This document shows, one piece after another, positions 49,709 through 59,488 of a DNA stretch of 64,000 nt. Numbering within the stretch: position 1 is the stretch's first letter; every line of letters begins with the position of its first letter. The translations under genes were made by a program, and so were the position numbers. The notes under the pieces were generated by a model. That model saw nothing but the letters and a program-made list of their open reading frames with translations. It did not search any database and was not told the DNA's origin. The stretch lies in the IMG/VR virus record IMGVR_UViG_3300010149_000001, positions 1 through 64,000 of that record; one strand, 5' to 3'. Source of the stretch: a virus.

Positions 49709-51241
49709 ATGCGAGCCGTATTGGTTGATGGAGATGACTACACTCAACGCTCTGGTGAGAGCAAAGAAGTCCAAATCAAACTTGAGGCTCAGATGCCATT
49801 CATCTTGGACAAATCATTCCAGAAGGATGCAGAGTCAGACTATGAATATGAGATTGGCGACGATGATGTTGTCATTCGTGGACCCGTCTATGTTGGGAAC
49901 TCAGATATGCTTGACCGACATAACGAACTCGTTGCGCCAGATGCGCTCATCAAATCATGGGGAGACTATCAGAAGAATCCCGTCATCCTATACAACCACT
50001 CTAAGACATACGGTGTCATCGGCAGAATGCTCGATGTCGAGATGGGAACTTGGGATGGCATCAAAGGTGAAGTTCCAATCGGCAGAGCCGTGATTGACGG
50101 TGGCGAAAAGGATATTGTCAGAAAAATACGCAAGGGATTCCTCAGAGCATTCAGTATTGGTTTCATCGCTAAGGCGGCAATCAAGGAATGCAAAGACGAT
50201 GAGACATGCTACATGACCTTCACAGAGGTTGATTGGCTTGAGACCAGCGTGGTTGATGTGCCAGCATCGCCCAACGCACTATTCAATGTTCAGAAGCATG
50301 TGCTTGGATATGAGGACATGGGTGAATCAATCGCTATCCTCTTTGAGAAGATGCCAATGGAATCACCATCAGAAGAACCCCCTGCTGGTGGAGATATGGA
50401 ATCGCCTGTTGAAGAATCGGCGGATTCTGGCTGTGGATGCAAATCACATATCGAGTCCGATACTCCAGAAACTGTTAGCGGCTTCGATTCTGAAATTGAC
50501 TCGTTGAAGGCTCAAATTGCTGAGATGAAAGAACTACTGCTCGCAAGTCTGACACCTTCTGAGTCCCAAAAGTCCGAATCTGAAAATACCGATTCACTTA
50601 ATACCCCCATTGACAAAGGCATTGGACAACAGGTGAACCAAATGACAGACGATACACTCATTGACACTCCAGAAGAAGAGGTCATCGTTGCCTCAGAGGA
50701 ACTTGAAGTTCCCACAGAAGAACTATCCATTAAGACAGAGGCTGTTGAAGAAGCAGAAGAAGTCGTTGAAGAAGCCGCAGAAGAAGTGGCAGAAGAAGAA
50801 CTCCCAGAAGAAGTCGTTGAAGAAGTCGCAGAAGCAACAGAAGAAGAATCTGCTGGCGAACCAACAACCACAGAAGTCATGATTGAAGTCGTTAAGGCAT
50901 TAGCAAATGTCGAAGCACGACTTTCAACCATTGAAGGACACATTAAATCAAGTGAGGACATTGACACACTCAAGTCTGAACTTGCATCCATGAAGGCTGA
51001 GAAGGAAGCCGCAGAAGCAGAAGCAAGCATTGAGGCAGAAGTCGCCAAGCGTGTTGCAGACCTTGTTGGGACAACCCCAGAGGTCAAGACTGTTGAAGCA
51101 TCTCCAAAGAGCCTCGCATCCACAGGAACAGAAGTTAAGAAAGCAAACCACACCCGCCACGACCCAACACCAACGGTCAGCAACGGTATGAATGGTCTGG
51201 CTGGATGGCTTGAAGTTCAAATCGCCAAGCGAGGTGCTTGA
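49709..51241 (+). CDS. HK97-type prohead protease fused to acidic scaffold
   Basis: LYNH..., FSIGF, ETSVVDVPA; E-rich C-terminal half. Confidence 0.92.
   Translation: MRAVLVDGDDYTQRSGESKEVQIKLEAQMPFILDKSFQKDAESDYEYEIGDDDVVIRGPVYVGNSDMLDRHNELVAPDALIKSWGDYQKNPVILYNHSKTYGVIGRMLDVEMGTWDGIKGEVPIGRAVIDGGEKDIVRKIRKGFLRAFSIGFIAKAAIKECKDDETCYMTFTEVDWLETSVVDVPASPNALFNVQKHVLGYEDMGESIAILFEKMPMESPSEEPPAGGDMESPVEESADSGCGCKSHIESDTPETVSGFDSEIDSLKAQIAEMKELLLASLTPSESQKSESENTDSLNTPIDKGIGQQVNQMTDDTLIDTPEEEVIVASEELEVPTEELSIKTEAVEEAEEVVEEAAEEVAEEELPEEVVEEVAEATEEESAGEPTTTEVMIEVVKALANVEARLSTIEGHIKSSEDIDTLKSELASMKAEKEAAEAEASIEAEVAKRVADLVGTTPEVKTVEASPKSLASTGTEVKKANHTRHDPTPTVSNGMNGLAGWLEVQIAKRGA
50642..51241 (+). CDS. 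Nested in-frame scaffold protein (199 aa)
   Basis: Internal class-L promoter at 50596 and AGGTGA SD at 50631 before an in-frame ATG. Confidence 0.65.
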   Translation: MTDDTLIDTPEEEVIVASEELEVPTEELSIKTEAVEEAEEVVEEAAEEVAEEELPEEVVEEVAEATEEESAGEPTTTEVMIEVVKALANVEARLSTIEGHIKSSEDIDTLKSELASMKAEKEAAEAEASIEAEVAKRVADLVGTTPEVKTVEASPKSLASTGTEVKKANHTRHDPTPTVSNGMNGLAGWLEVQIAKRGA

Positions 51242-51294
51242 GCGAATCTATCAGATTCCCAAAAGGAAAAAACAAAAAAACAAAGGTGAGATAA

Positions 51295-52371
51295 ATGAGT
51301 GAAGAAATCCAATTTAACGACATGGTTCAACGAGTGAAAGACGCATTAGCAGGGCAAACCGATGGTGGCTCTCAAATGTTCCCAACAGAGACTTCTGATG
51401 AAATTATTCAGATTGTCTATGAGAGGAACTTCATGCGTTCTTTGTTCTCTGCTTTGCCAATGGCGACCAGAACTATCAAAGTGCCAAAACTTTCAACATC
51501 TGTCGGATTCCACCGTCAGACTCTTGCTTCAACACAGGCTGGAACTGCGGCTGATGAATCCACTCAAGGAACAGCAGAGATTGACTTGACCTTGACCACC
51601 ATGATTGCCAACATTCCAATCGGAAACTATCTGATTGCATACGGTGTCGAAGGATTGCTGACTGTGCTTCGTGATGACATCGCTTCTCGCTTGGCCTTCA
51701 ATGAAGAATCACTCTTCATCAACGGAGACAAGCAAGCCACTCTTGCTGACAACATCAACGGTGCGTATGCAAACCCAGCAAACTTGTCTGGAATCAACGC
51801 AACCGCAGGTGCATCTCAGAACGACTACTTGCTATCTCAGAACGGACTTCGCAAACTTGCTGGAACATCTGTCTCTGTCTCTGGAACTTTTGCTCTGAGC
51901 CACCTTCGCTCGGCAATCAACCAATTGGGAGTTCACGCTGACAACCGTGATGAACTATCATTGATTGTTCCTCGCAACCTTGAAGTTCAATTGATGGGCT
52001 TCACAGAACTTCAAACTGTTGACAAATACGGTGCTGGTGCAACCATCCTCTCTGGAGAACTTGGTCGTATCTATGGAATCCGTGTCTTTGCCACAGGAAC
52101 AATCCCAACCAACCTAAATTGGACAGGACTTTACGAACTTGGCAAGACTGTCAACGGCTCTGCGGCAATCGCTGACAAGACCGTTGCTCTTTTGGTCAAC
52201 AACCGTTCACCTCTGATTGGCAACCCAACAGATGCTGACCGCAGATTCAACATGGGCTTCCTTGATGAGCCAACCAAAGACCGTTTCGTCTTAATCCCTC
52301 GTCAAGACATCGCTTTCAATGTGCGATACACAGAGGCTGTTTGTCTGCTTCACGGTATCGCAACCGTCTGA
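51295..52371 (+). CDS. Major capsid protein (HK97 fold)
   Basis: P.E.S.EII, EE.LFING, G.I.GI.V; follows the protease; AGGTGA SD. Confidence 0.9.
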   Translation: MSEEIQFNDMVQRVKDALAGQTDGGSQMFPTETSDEIIQIVYERNFMRSLFSALPMATRTIKVPKLSTSVGFHRQTLASTQAGTAADESTQGTAEIDLTLTTMIANIPIGNYLIAYGVEGLLTVLRDDIASRLAFNEESLFINGDKQATLADNINGAYANPANLSGINATAGASQNDYLLSQNGLRKLAGTSVSVSGTFALSHLRSAINQLGVHADNRDELSLIVPRNLEVQLMGFTELQTVDKYGAGATILSGELGRIYGIRVFATGTIPTNLNWTGLYELGKTVNGSAAIADKTVALLVNNRSPLIGNPTDADRRFNMGFLDEPTKDRFVLIPRQDIAFNVRYTEAVCLLHGIATV

Positions 52372-52381
52372 GACTGATTGA

Positions 52382-52433
52382 AGTCGCCTTGACCGATACG
52401 GCATAGCGTGAGCCATCCCTAATCGGGGCGACT
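52382..52433 (+). terminator. Stem-loop after the capsid gene
   Basis: agtcgccttga pairs with tcggggcgact. Confidence 0.5.
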
Positions 52434-52465
52434 CCGTGATAAACCGTCGAGGATAAGGTGAATGT

Positions 52466-53119
52466 ATGACAGCAACAGACTATTGCACTCTGGCTGAGGT
52501 TGAGGCTTATGCTGGCGTTGACTTTTCTGATGGAATGGGTCCGACGGACACTCAAATCGGGACAATGATAACGACAGCATCCAGACTCATGGATGCTTAT
52601 GCTGGAGTTCAATTCGCTGGGACTGAGAGTCATACAGAATACTTTGACACAGCATTCGGTCTGGCTTTCCTCACCCTTAGTCGGCGGCCTGTCGTGTCAA
52701 TCTCAAGTGTTCATTCAGTCTCGCCCAGCGGGGTTGAAACCCTCTTGTCTGATGGCCGTGTCGCCAACGATGACGACTATTATCTCCACGACCCAGATGC
52801 AGGGATTATTCGATTCCACTATGCCTTTCAAGAGGCACAGGGGTCAAGACTCAAGGTTGTCTATTCCTATGGGGCATCTGAGCCTCCAGCAGATGTGAAG
52901 ATGGCTACAATCCTCCATGTCGTGAGGTCAGCCGCACGAGCCGCCATGAATGATGAGAATTGCATGGATAGGGTCAAAGAGTTCTGGAAAAGTCTCATGT
53001 CTGATTCCAAACAAGAATATGAGGACTTGCTTGTTCAAGTCAAGTCCCATAAACTCGTGGCTGTTGCTTCTTGGGGTCAATACAAAATGCCATCCTCATT
53101 CTATTATCGGGGGTATTGA
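52466..53119 (+). CDS. Head-tail adaptor (gp6/gp15-like)
   Basis: YCTLAEVEAY, AS..MDAY, V.Y.YG...PADVK.A. Confidence 0.85.
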   Translation: MTATDYCTLAEVEAYAGVDFSDGMGPTDTQIGTMITTASRLMDAYAGVQFAGTESHTEYFDTAFGLAFLTLSRRPVVSISSVHSVSPSGVETLLSDGRVANDDDYYLHDPDAGIIRFHYAFQEAQGSRLKVVYSYGASEPPADVKMATILHVVRSAARAAMNDENCMDRVKEFWKSLMSDSKQEYEDLLVQVKSHKLVAVASWGQYKMPSSFYYRGY

Positions 53120-53121
53120 AC

Positions 53122-53634
53122 TTGGCAATCTCTGACAGGGGAACTCCAACAATTGACCCTCACACCACAATCAAGAACTTTATCGAGACCAATATGGATT
53201 CACCAGATGGAATCTGGAATCCTGTCGTCAACGCAGAATGGCTTGAGTTCAAGAAACAAAAGACATATCAGATTTGCATCACGCCCGTCTATGGCGAATC
53301 AGACGAAGCAGAACTGAATGGAATCTCTGGTCAAACTCAAATCAAGAGAATCAACACCCTGTATTTGAAAATCACACTTTTCGCCCCAACACGGTTAAAA
53401 CTGTGGGGTATGGTGCAGAAGTTCATGCTTGTTATGAACAACGGGACTCTATGCTATCCCTCAGCGGGTTTGGAGGCATCCACAGGCAACGGCTATCAAT
53501 ATGTCAGACTCGCAAGGTCTGATGAGACCAAAGAGGTCAAGGGCTATGAGCCAGAATGCGGACCCGAAGGTTCTGCTGACAAATGCGTTGGATTCAGAAA
53601 CGACTATACAATTGAAGTGAGGTTTGACGAATGA
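53122..53634 (+). CDS. Putative tail terminator / neck protein
   Basis: Position and alpha/beta pattern; TTG start after GGGG SD. Confidence 0.55.
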   Translation: MAISDRGTPTIDPHTTIKNFIETNMDSPDGIWNPVVNAEWLEFKKQKTYQICITPVYGESDEAELNGISGQTQIKRINTLYLKITLFAPTRLKLWGMVQKFMLVMNNGTLCYPSAGLEASTGNGYQYVRLARSDETKEVKGYEPECGPEGSADKCVGFRNDYTIEVRFDE

Positions 53635-53819
53635 CATCGGTATGTGGCAGAGATGCTGGAGTGAAGAAAAGAAAGACCTGCGAGTTTGATGGATGCAAGG
53701 CTCAATTGACAGACCCAACCAAACACCTCTGCTCGATTCATGCCAGACCAGAATCCACATCTCGTCAATTCAACGAGTGGTTGGACATGCTCTCAAAAGA
53801 GAACAAAGAAACATTGTGA
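53631..53819 (+). CDS. Small Zn-finger protein
   Basis: CEFDGC...CSIH. Confidence 0.55.
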   Translation: MTSVCGRDAGVKKRKTCEFDGCKAQLTDPTKHLCSIHARPESTSRQFNEWLDMLSKENKETL

Positions 53820-54100
53820 TTGTGAAAACATTGATAAGGGCAAACCTCTTGGCTCTGGATATGCGACCAGAAACAGCACAACGCCGACTGACGAAAAGAG
53901 CCAACGACTTCTTGGGAATATCCTTTGAAGCATATCTCGCTGACTTCACCCATCTGAAAGAATTGCCAAATGGCGAACAATACCTCTGGTTGAATGACAA
54001 CGCTACTATGCAAAAGACATTCGCTGTCTGGCTCGCCCAGAAAAACAACGAAGCATCATTGACCGCTTGGCATATTGGGTTTGCGCCCTTGAAAAAGTGA
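53816..54100 (+). CDS. Hypothetical protein
   Basis: GTGA overlap; start uncertain. Confidence 0.5.
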   Translation: MIVKTLIRANLLALDMRPETAQRRLTKRANDFLGISFEAYLADFTHLKELPNGEQYLWLNDNATMQKTFAVWLAQKNNEASLTAWHIGFAPLKK

Positions 54101-54176
54101 TTCAAATGGATTGGAATGTGGATTGGGATTCATCCCAAACTCAACCAGATTGGGTTGATGAAGTGGAGTGGTCAGA

Positions 54177-54428
54177 ATGAACATGGCATCTGTGAAGAAA
54201 GGGCTTGAAGCGAAGGGAATCAGAGATGAAGTTTTCACGCTGGAATCTGGCGGCACAGCCATCGTTTATTCGGTGTATGGATTGCTTGAAAAACTCCATG
54301 CTGAGTCAGATGCAGAGCATTTTTCTGTTCTGGGCGAGACCATATCTCATCCAGACATCGAACCCAAGCATGTCCGAGCGATATTCATTGACATAGCCAA
54401 AGCATTGGCAGACTTCGACCAGAACTGA
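54177..54428 (+). CDS. Hypothetical protein
   Basis: ORF with GGAG SD. Confidence 0.55.
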   Translation: MNMASVKKGLEAKGIRDEVFTLESGGTAIVYSVYGLLEKLHAESDAEHFSVLGETISHPDIEPKHVRAIFIDIAKALADFDQN

Positions 54429-54458
54429 CATAAAGCGGCTGGGCGTTGATTCTGTTCA

Positions 54459-55157
54459 ATGCCTTACAAAGACCCTGTAAAGCGCAAGCAATACAACAGC
54501 GACTATCATAAGAAGTGGTATCACAGGAACAAGTCTCAGAGGGTCGCACAGGTCAAGCAACGCAAGAAGCAGATTCGTGAGTGGATGCGCCAGATGAAAG
54601 AAGGCATGGCATGTTCCAAGTGTGGCTTGTCTGGCATGGAGAATGCTTGGGCTTTAGAGTTCCATCATAAGAACCACGAGGACAAGGACACCATCGTGTC
54701 GAGTCTGGTCTCTGCTGGCTCAAGCAAGAAGCGCATCCTTGAAGAGATTGCCAAGTGCGAAGTCATCTGCTCAAACTGCCATCGCAAGGAACATTATCTG
54801 GAACATCGCAAGGCACTTGAGACAGGCCAAGATTCCATCTGGATTGCCGCTGGCAAGGCTGGTGCAGACAACCAGATGTTTGCCAATGACTTGATGACAT
54901 CATCCAAGCGAAGGCGGCGCAAGAGGCGCAAGCAACGAAGCCAGAATCAGAAGTCGGGTCCAGATATGCAGGTTCATGATGACCTCGACACATTCACCAG
55001 AAAATTGGAACAAGGCGCAACGCTGACCAGCAAAGAAGTCAAGAGAATGAAAGGTTTGATTCTGAGGCTCAGAAAAGGTGAGCAGATGGAGGGTGAGATT
55101 GAAGAGTTCATGGATATTGAACCCGATACCGACATAAACCCAGAATCAGAATCGTGA
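54459..55157 (+). CDS. HNH endonuclease
   Basis: CSKCG...LEFHH...EIAKC.VICSNCHR.EH. Confidence 0.88.
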   Translation: MPYKDPVKRKQYNSDYHKKWYHRNKSQRVAQVKQRKKQIREWMRQMKEGMACSKCGLSGMENAWALEFHHKNHEDKDTIVSSLVSAGSSKKRILEEIAKCEVICSNCHRKEHYLEHRKALETGQDSIWIAAGKAGADNQMFANDLMTSSKRRRRKRRKQRSQNQKSGPDMQVHDDLDTFTRKLEQGATLTSKEVKRMKGLILRLRKGEQMEGEIEEFMDIEPDTDINPESES

Positions 55158-55160
55158 GAC

Positions 55161-56357
55161 ATGGGCAGAATATCTGGTGCGAACTCTCTGATGAGATTTG
55201 CCAGAACCATTCCCCAATGGCAGAATGCAACCAGACGAGTCTGGAATCCAGCATCAATATCGTGGAAACCACTCGCAACCACAGGTTCTGATTCGTTTCT
55301 AATGGGTCAAAGCGGCGTTGATGTAGTATTCCCAAATGTGTCATCTGGCATCGAATACACCATCTCATTCTGGATTAAGCCCAGAGCAATCACAGGTGCA
55401 AAAGGACTGATGCAATTAGAAAATGCCGCTGGAGTTCCTCAAGTATCTCTGACCATGAACGGTTCTGGAATTGACATGATGTGGGACAACGACCCAGCGA
55501 CAGTCGTGAGTTCAACGGGTCTTATTAGCCTCAATACATGGAATCACATTCTGTTCCAGAACTATGACAACGGATGGAACATCATGGTCAACGGCACAGA
55601 CCAATCTGGGTTTCTGACCGCTGGCTGTCCAGACTTCTCTCTGATAACTCAATGGAGAGTCGGCAGAGGAACTGATGGAACTCTCGCAACCGAATCCTTT
55701 GATGGATTGATGTCAGACATCATGGTTGCTCAAGCATATCCAAATTATACCCATAGAACGGTGCTATACAACGACGGTGCGGCCTTCAACATGGCTCAGA
55801 CGGCCACAGCCCCTGTCAACCCTCTAAACGGCTCTATGACCTTCTTATGCGATGGAACAGACACAGGAACTCCATCATATCTGGGAATGTCCAGAATGGC
55901 ATCTGTCAACCTCAGTCCACAGATTCAGACAGCGGCGTTTTTCGCTTGGACAGGAAACCTTCTCAACACTCCAGATTTAGATACAGCGAGCAGACCAGCG
56001 GCATCTGGAACAACATACAGTCGTCTGGCACAGATGGCTCAAGGATGGTGCAATAACCTGCCCAGAGACACCATACAAGGCACGACATTCGCCCCAATGC
56101 CCACAGGTGAGACAATCCCAAGAGATGCCCCTGCGCTTGGCGCATGGCCGTTTTCTGGATATGGAGTCAAGACGGGTGCTTCATCATTCGTGGGTCTGGT
56201 GGATGCACCAGACGCAACACCCGAATTAACGGTGCAGGGAGACCTCTCAGAGCCAGCAACGGTATTGAACCCTGTGGTGGGTGCTGGAACTCTCCAACAC
56301 GCTCTGGACACACGCAGAGTGCGATTCCTCAGACCGACCTTTGCCAAGAAGGTCTGA
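55161..56357 (+). CDS. LamG/concanavalin-domain virion protein
   Basis: TISFWIKP, WNHI, VNG, F.G.MSD; class-L promoter. Confidence 0.8.
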   Translation: MGRISGANSLMRFARTIPQWQNATRRVWNPASISWKPLATTGSDSFLMGQSGVDVVFPNVSSGIEYTISFWIKPRAITGAKGLMQLENAAGVPQVSLTMNGSGIDMMWDNDPATVVSSTGLISLNTWNHILFQNYDNGWNIMVNGTDQSGFLTAGCPDFSLITQWRVGRGTDGTLATESFDGLMSDIMVAQAYPNYTHRTVLYNDGAAFNMAQTATAPVNPLNGSMTFLCDGTDTGTPSYLGMSRMASVNLSPQIQTAAFFAWTGNLLNTPDLDTASRPAASGTTYSRLAQMAQGWCNNLPRDTIQGTTFAPMPTGETIPRDAPALGAWPFSGYGVKTGASSFVGLVDAPDATPELTVQGDLSEPATVLNPVVGAGTLQHALDTRRVRFLRPTFAKKV

Positions 56358-56359
56358 AC

Positions 56360-56620
56360 TCACTCTTGATGCCAAGAAGTCTCTTCGCCTTCATACTCAA
56401 GGCCGAATCCATATCCAGCCCATGTTGCGACTTCTGAGTGTCCAGACAGATAACTCCAATGAGTGTAAATGTCAGACTCGCTGTGCATAGTCATTGTTGC
56501 TCGCTCATAGATGCGGTTGTCGTTTTCATCTCTGTCTCCATAGTATCTATGATAGACAAATGTGATGTCCTCGCCTTCTGTGTAGTTCCATTCTGCTGGT
56601 ATAAATGTCATTCTTTTCAT
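56360..56620 (-). CDS. Hypothetical protein (antisense cassette, gene 2)
   Basis: AAGGAG SD; stop abuts the LamG stop. Confidence 0.7.
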   Translation of the reverse strand: MKRMTFIPAEWNYTEGEDITFVYHRYYGDRDENDNRIYERATMTMHSESDIYTHWSYLSGHSEVATWAGYGFGLEYEGEETSWHQE

Positions 56621-56650
56621 CTCCTTATTCGTTTGTTTTTCCTGTTGGAA

Positions 56651-56977
56651 TCAGTTAATTTTGTTGCCATCCATGTCAAAGACATCACGGCCACCTTCGC
56701 CACCACGCATTCGGATAACGGTGAATCGGTCATCGCCAGAGATTGAAACCCAAGCGAATGTGCGAGGTTCTGTGATTAAGTATTCTGAACCTGTGCATCC
56801 TGTGATAACTTCTTTGACTTGAGTTTCAACGACTGTCATCTCCATGCTGATTGCTTTGGATTCCTCGATGCAGATAAACATCTCAGCGGTGCTTGCATCC
56901 GTAGCGGTGTTGTGAAAATACACTTCATGGATTTTGTCAGTCTCAGTCTCTTTGACTTGGTATGGGTATTGGCTCAT
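56651..56977 (-). CDS. Hypothetical protein (antisense cassette, gene 1)
   Basis: Class-E promoter at 56978-57036. Confidence 0.75.
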   Translation of the reverse strand: MSQYPYQVKETETDKIHEVYFHNTATDASTAEMFICIEESKAISMEMTVVETQVKEVITGCTGSEYLITEPRTFAWVSISGDDRFTVIRMRGGEGGRDVFDMDGNKIN

Positions 56978-57065
56978 ATCCCTGCGTGTGCATACCACTA
57001 TATCAATGCGTCGGCCATATCAATGGTTTTGTTCTTAAAATGAGCAAGTTTTGGTTCGCCAGAAA

Positions 57066-57166
57066 GGGTGGGACATGGTGGTTATGGCGGCATATACAAA
57101 CCGACTGACAGCCCACCATGCCCCGATGTTGGATGCCCAATCCAACAAGGAGGTTTAGCCGTCAGC
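57066..57166 (-). ncRNA. Candidate pseudoknotted ncRNA C
   Basis: Class-L promoter at 57196-57187; 9-bp and 12-bp crossing helices; 8-bp hairpin; G-U pairs favour the minus strand. Confidence 0.6.
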
Positions 57167-57244
57167 AATTATCAGACTCCAGAGTCGGTTTATCAGCGTA
57201 TTCACGCCAATACCGTTAAAACCCCTCACGGATGACCAAGACCC

Positions 57245-57625
57245 ATGAGCGACCTCTTGAAACTCACCAAAACCAAACTGCTGAAACTTGTTGAAGAAGC
57301 AGGTCTGACCGCAGATGCAGAAGCAACCAAAGCAGATTTGGTCGCACTCCTTGAAGCAGTTCCAGAAGAAGCACCAGCAGAAGTGGTTGAAGAAGTGGTT
57401 GCAGAGACTCCAAAAAAAGCAAAGAAGCCTTCTGGTTCTAAGGTCGCACTCGACATGGAACTTCAAGGTGGCGAGTTCGTTAAGGCGGCTTATCTGGCTA
57501 TTCTAAAGCGTGAAGCAGACCCAATGGGTCTTGCGAACTACACAGGCGCATTGGCTATGGGTGGCATGACCAAAGAAGGTCTTGTCGAGGACTTGAAAGC
57601 CTCTGGCGAATACGCCGCACTTTGA
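57245..57625 (+). CDS. HeH/Rho-N-like domain plus DUF4214-like domain protein
   Basis: LTKTKL...TKADLVALL; FV.AAY.AIL.RE.D..G...Y. Confidence 0.7.
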   Translation: MSDLLKLTKTKLLKLVEEAGLTADAEATKADLVALLEAVPEEAPAEVVEEVVAETPKKAKKPSGSKVALDMELQGGEFVKAAYLAILKREADPMGLANYTGALAMGGMTKEGLVEDLKASGEYAAL

Positions 57626-57627
57626 GT

Positions 57628-58017
57628 TCACTCAAACTTGCACATGAATGAACTGCCACAGTCGGTTTGATTCCAATCCCAGCGGTATGCTGACATGATT
57701 ATTGCCATAGCCTCAAAGACTCTTTCACGGTCAGACTGAGTTCCTTCTCCACTCCACATGACGAATCCTTCATATTTCCAAGCATCTTCTGTGAACCAAT
57801 CTTCTCCACGATTTGCTTGACGGATTTTGAAAGTGCAAGGTGAATCACCGTTGGTGAATATAATTTCACAGTCCTCACGGATAGCAATCTGTTGTTCTGT
57901 TATGTCCATCTTGACCCATTCACCAGATGTGAATGTGTTTTCTGGTCGGTTTGGAATAGTGAAAACTCCAATCGCTTCTGTGGTTGTCATTGTCTGTTGC
58001 ATGTTGGTTCTGCTCAT
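57628..58017 (-). CDS. Hypothetical protein (antisense cassette)
   Basis: Class-E promoter at 58018-58074. Confidence 0.75.
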   Translation of the reverse strand: MSRTNMQQTMTTTEAIGVFTIPNRPENTFTSGEWVKMDITEQQIAIREDCEIIFTNGDSPCTFKIRQANRGEDWFTEDAWKYEGFVMWSGEGTQSDRERVFEAMAIIMSAYRWDWNQTDCGSSFMCKFE

Positions 58018-58171
58018 ACCCCTGCGTGGGAGTTCCCCCTTATAATATCTTCTCAATCTCAATGGTTTTGTTCCTAATTCCCACCTTATTGAAGTCAATA
58101 CACACCATATTGGTCAGAATAATTGAGATTCCTCCGAAGCCTTGAAGTCCTATCGTGGTTCACACCCCAAC

Positions 58172-59488
58172 ATGGCAAAGATACTATGGGCGAGCGAACA
58201 ACCAACCAGACCGACAGGATATGCAATTGTCAGTCGTGAAATAATCAAGCGTCTGGTCAAAATGGGACACGAAGTTAAAGTCATGGGCTGGGACTACAAT
58301 GGAGAGAACATCAACCACGAAGAGGGTTGGACAATGGTTCACACAGGTCTGGGCAAGTTTGGTGCAGACAAAATGTCAGAGGGCGACCCAAACTCTCCAT
58401 CAGTTCTTGACCTCCATCTGGACAGTTTTCAGCCAGATGTTTTCATCTCTTTGATTGACACTTGGTTCACAGGCCACATGGTTCTGTCATGCAACAACAG
58501 AGGCATTCCTCACATCGCATACACTCCAATTGATGGAGTTCCAATCTCACACCAATGGAGTCGCATTCTTGGACACACTCACACCAATCTCTGGATGAGC
58601 CACTTTGGAAAGCAGACATGGCTCGACTTCGTTGATGAGTTCAAGAGCGACGGCTCTGGACACCCAGAGATGAAGTTCCCAGACCTTGACCGATACGGAT
58701 TGAACCCAGAACTTGAGAATCCTGTCATCTGGCATGGAGTGGACACGAAGGTATTCAAGCCAATGTCTCTGTCAGACAAAGACATACTCAAAAAGAATCT
58801 GGGATTGAACTTCAAGACAATGTTCTCATCGGTTGGTCGCAACACCAATCGCAAGCAGATTCCTCGCTTGCTGGAGGCTCTCAAACTCGCTCTGGACAAG
58901 TGCGGAGACCCACAGGCTCTGGGCTTGGTTTTGCATTGTGGAGACCCAACAGACATGGCAAATATGGGTGGCTGGAAACTGCCAGACCTCATCAAGCAAA
59001 TGGGACTCCATGACAATGTTGTATTCTCAGATATGGCATCCAATCCACTACACGGAGTCAGCCGTGAGGACATGGCAAACATCTTTGGATGCACAGACGC
59101 TCATGTTCTGGCGACAGGCGGTGAAGGATTTGGAATCCCATCAGCAGAAGCGATGTCGTGTGGAGTTCCAATCATTCTGCCAGATAACTCGACAGGTCGT
59201 GAACTCGTTGGAGATGACAGAGGCTGGCTTGTTCCATGCTCAGACAGCATCATCGGACCCCGATGGGGTGTCAGAATGGGACTTGTTGACATTGAAGAAC
59301 TCTCAGAGGCTATGTTGCAGGTTCATAACAATCCAAAAGAAGCCAAGAAGCGTGGCAAAGCCGCCAGACAATTTGCTCTTGAGCATCTGGATTGGGACAA
59401 CATCACCAAGCAATTTGACGAATTGATTGAATCCAGAATCGGCATGGCTCATCCAATGCAAGCACTATTCCAAGACGGTGGCGAATAA
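58172..59488 (+). CDS. GT4-family glycosyltransferase
   Basis: TGY, HGVD...F.P, RN..RK, EGFGIP..EAMSCGVP. Confidence 0.9.
   Translation: MAKILWASEQPTRPTGYAIVSREIIKRLVKMGHEVKVMGWDYNGENINHEEGWTMVHTGLGKFGADKMSEGDPNSPSVLDLHLDSFQPDVFISLIDTWFTGHMVLSCNNRGIPHIAYTPIDGVPISHQWSRILGHTHTNLWMSHFGKQTWLDFVDEFKSDGSGHPEMKFPDLDRYGLNPELENPVIWHGVDTKVFKPMSLSDKDILKKNLGLNFKTMFSSVGRNTNRKQIPRLLEALKLALDKCGDPQALGLVLHCGDPTDMANMGGWKLPDLIKQMGLHDNVVFSDMASNPLHGVSREDMANIFGCTDAHVLATGGEGFGIPSAEAMSCGVPIILPDNSTGRELVGDDRGWLVPCSDSIIGPRWGVRMGLVDIEELSEAMLQVHNNPKEAKKRGKAARQFALEHLDWDNITKQFDELIESRIGMAHPMQALFQDGGE

Noticed and set aside
54459-55157. HNH gene as part of a self-splicing intron
   Set aside because: Flanking genes are intact and it has its own promoter-like element; treated as free-standing
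57066-57166. tRNA or canonical HDV ribozyme
   Set aside because: No cloverleaf or T-loop; P3/L3 and P1.1 of the HDV fold are missing
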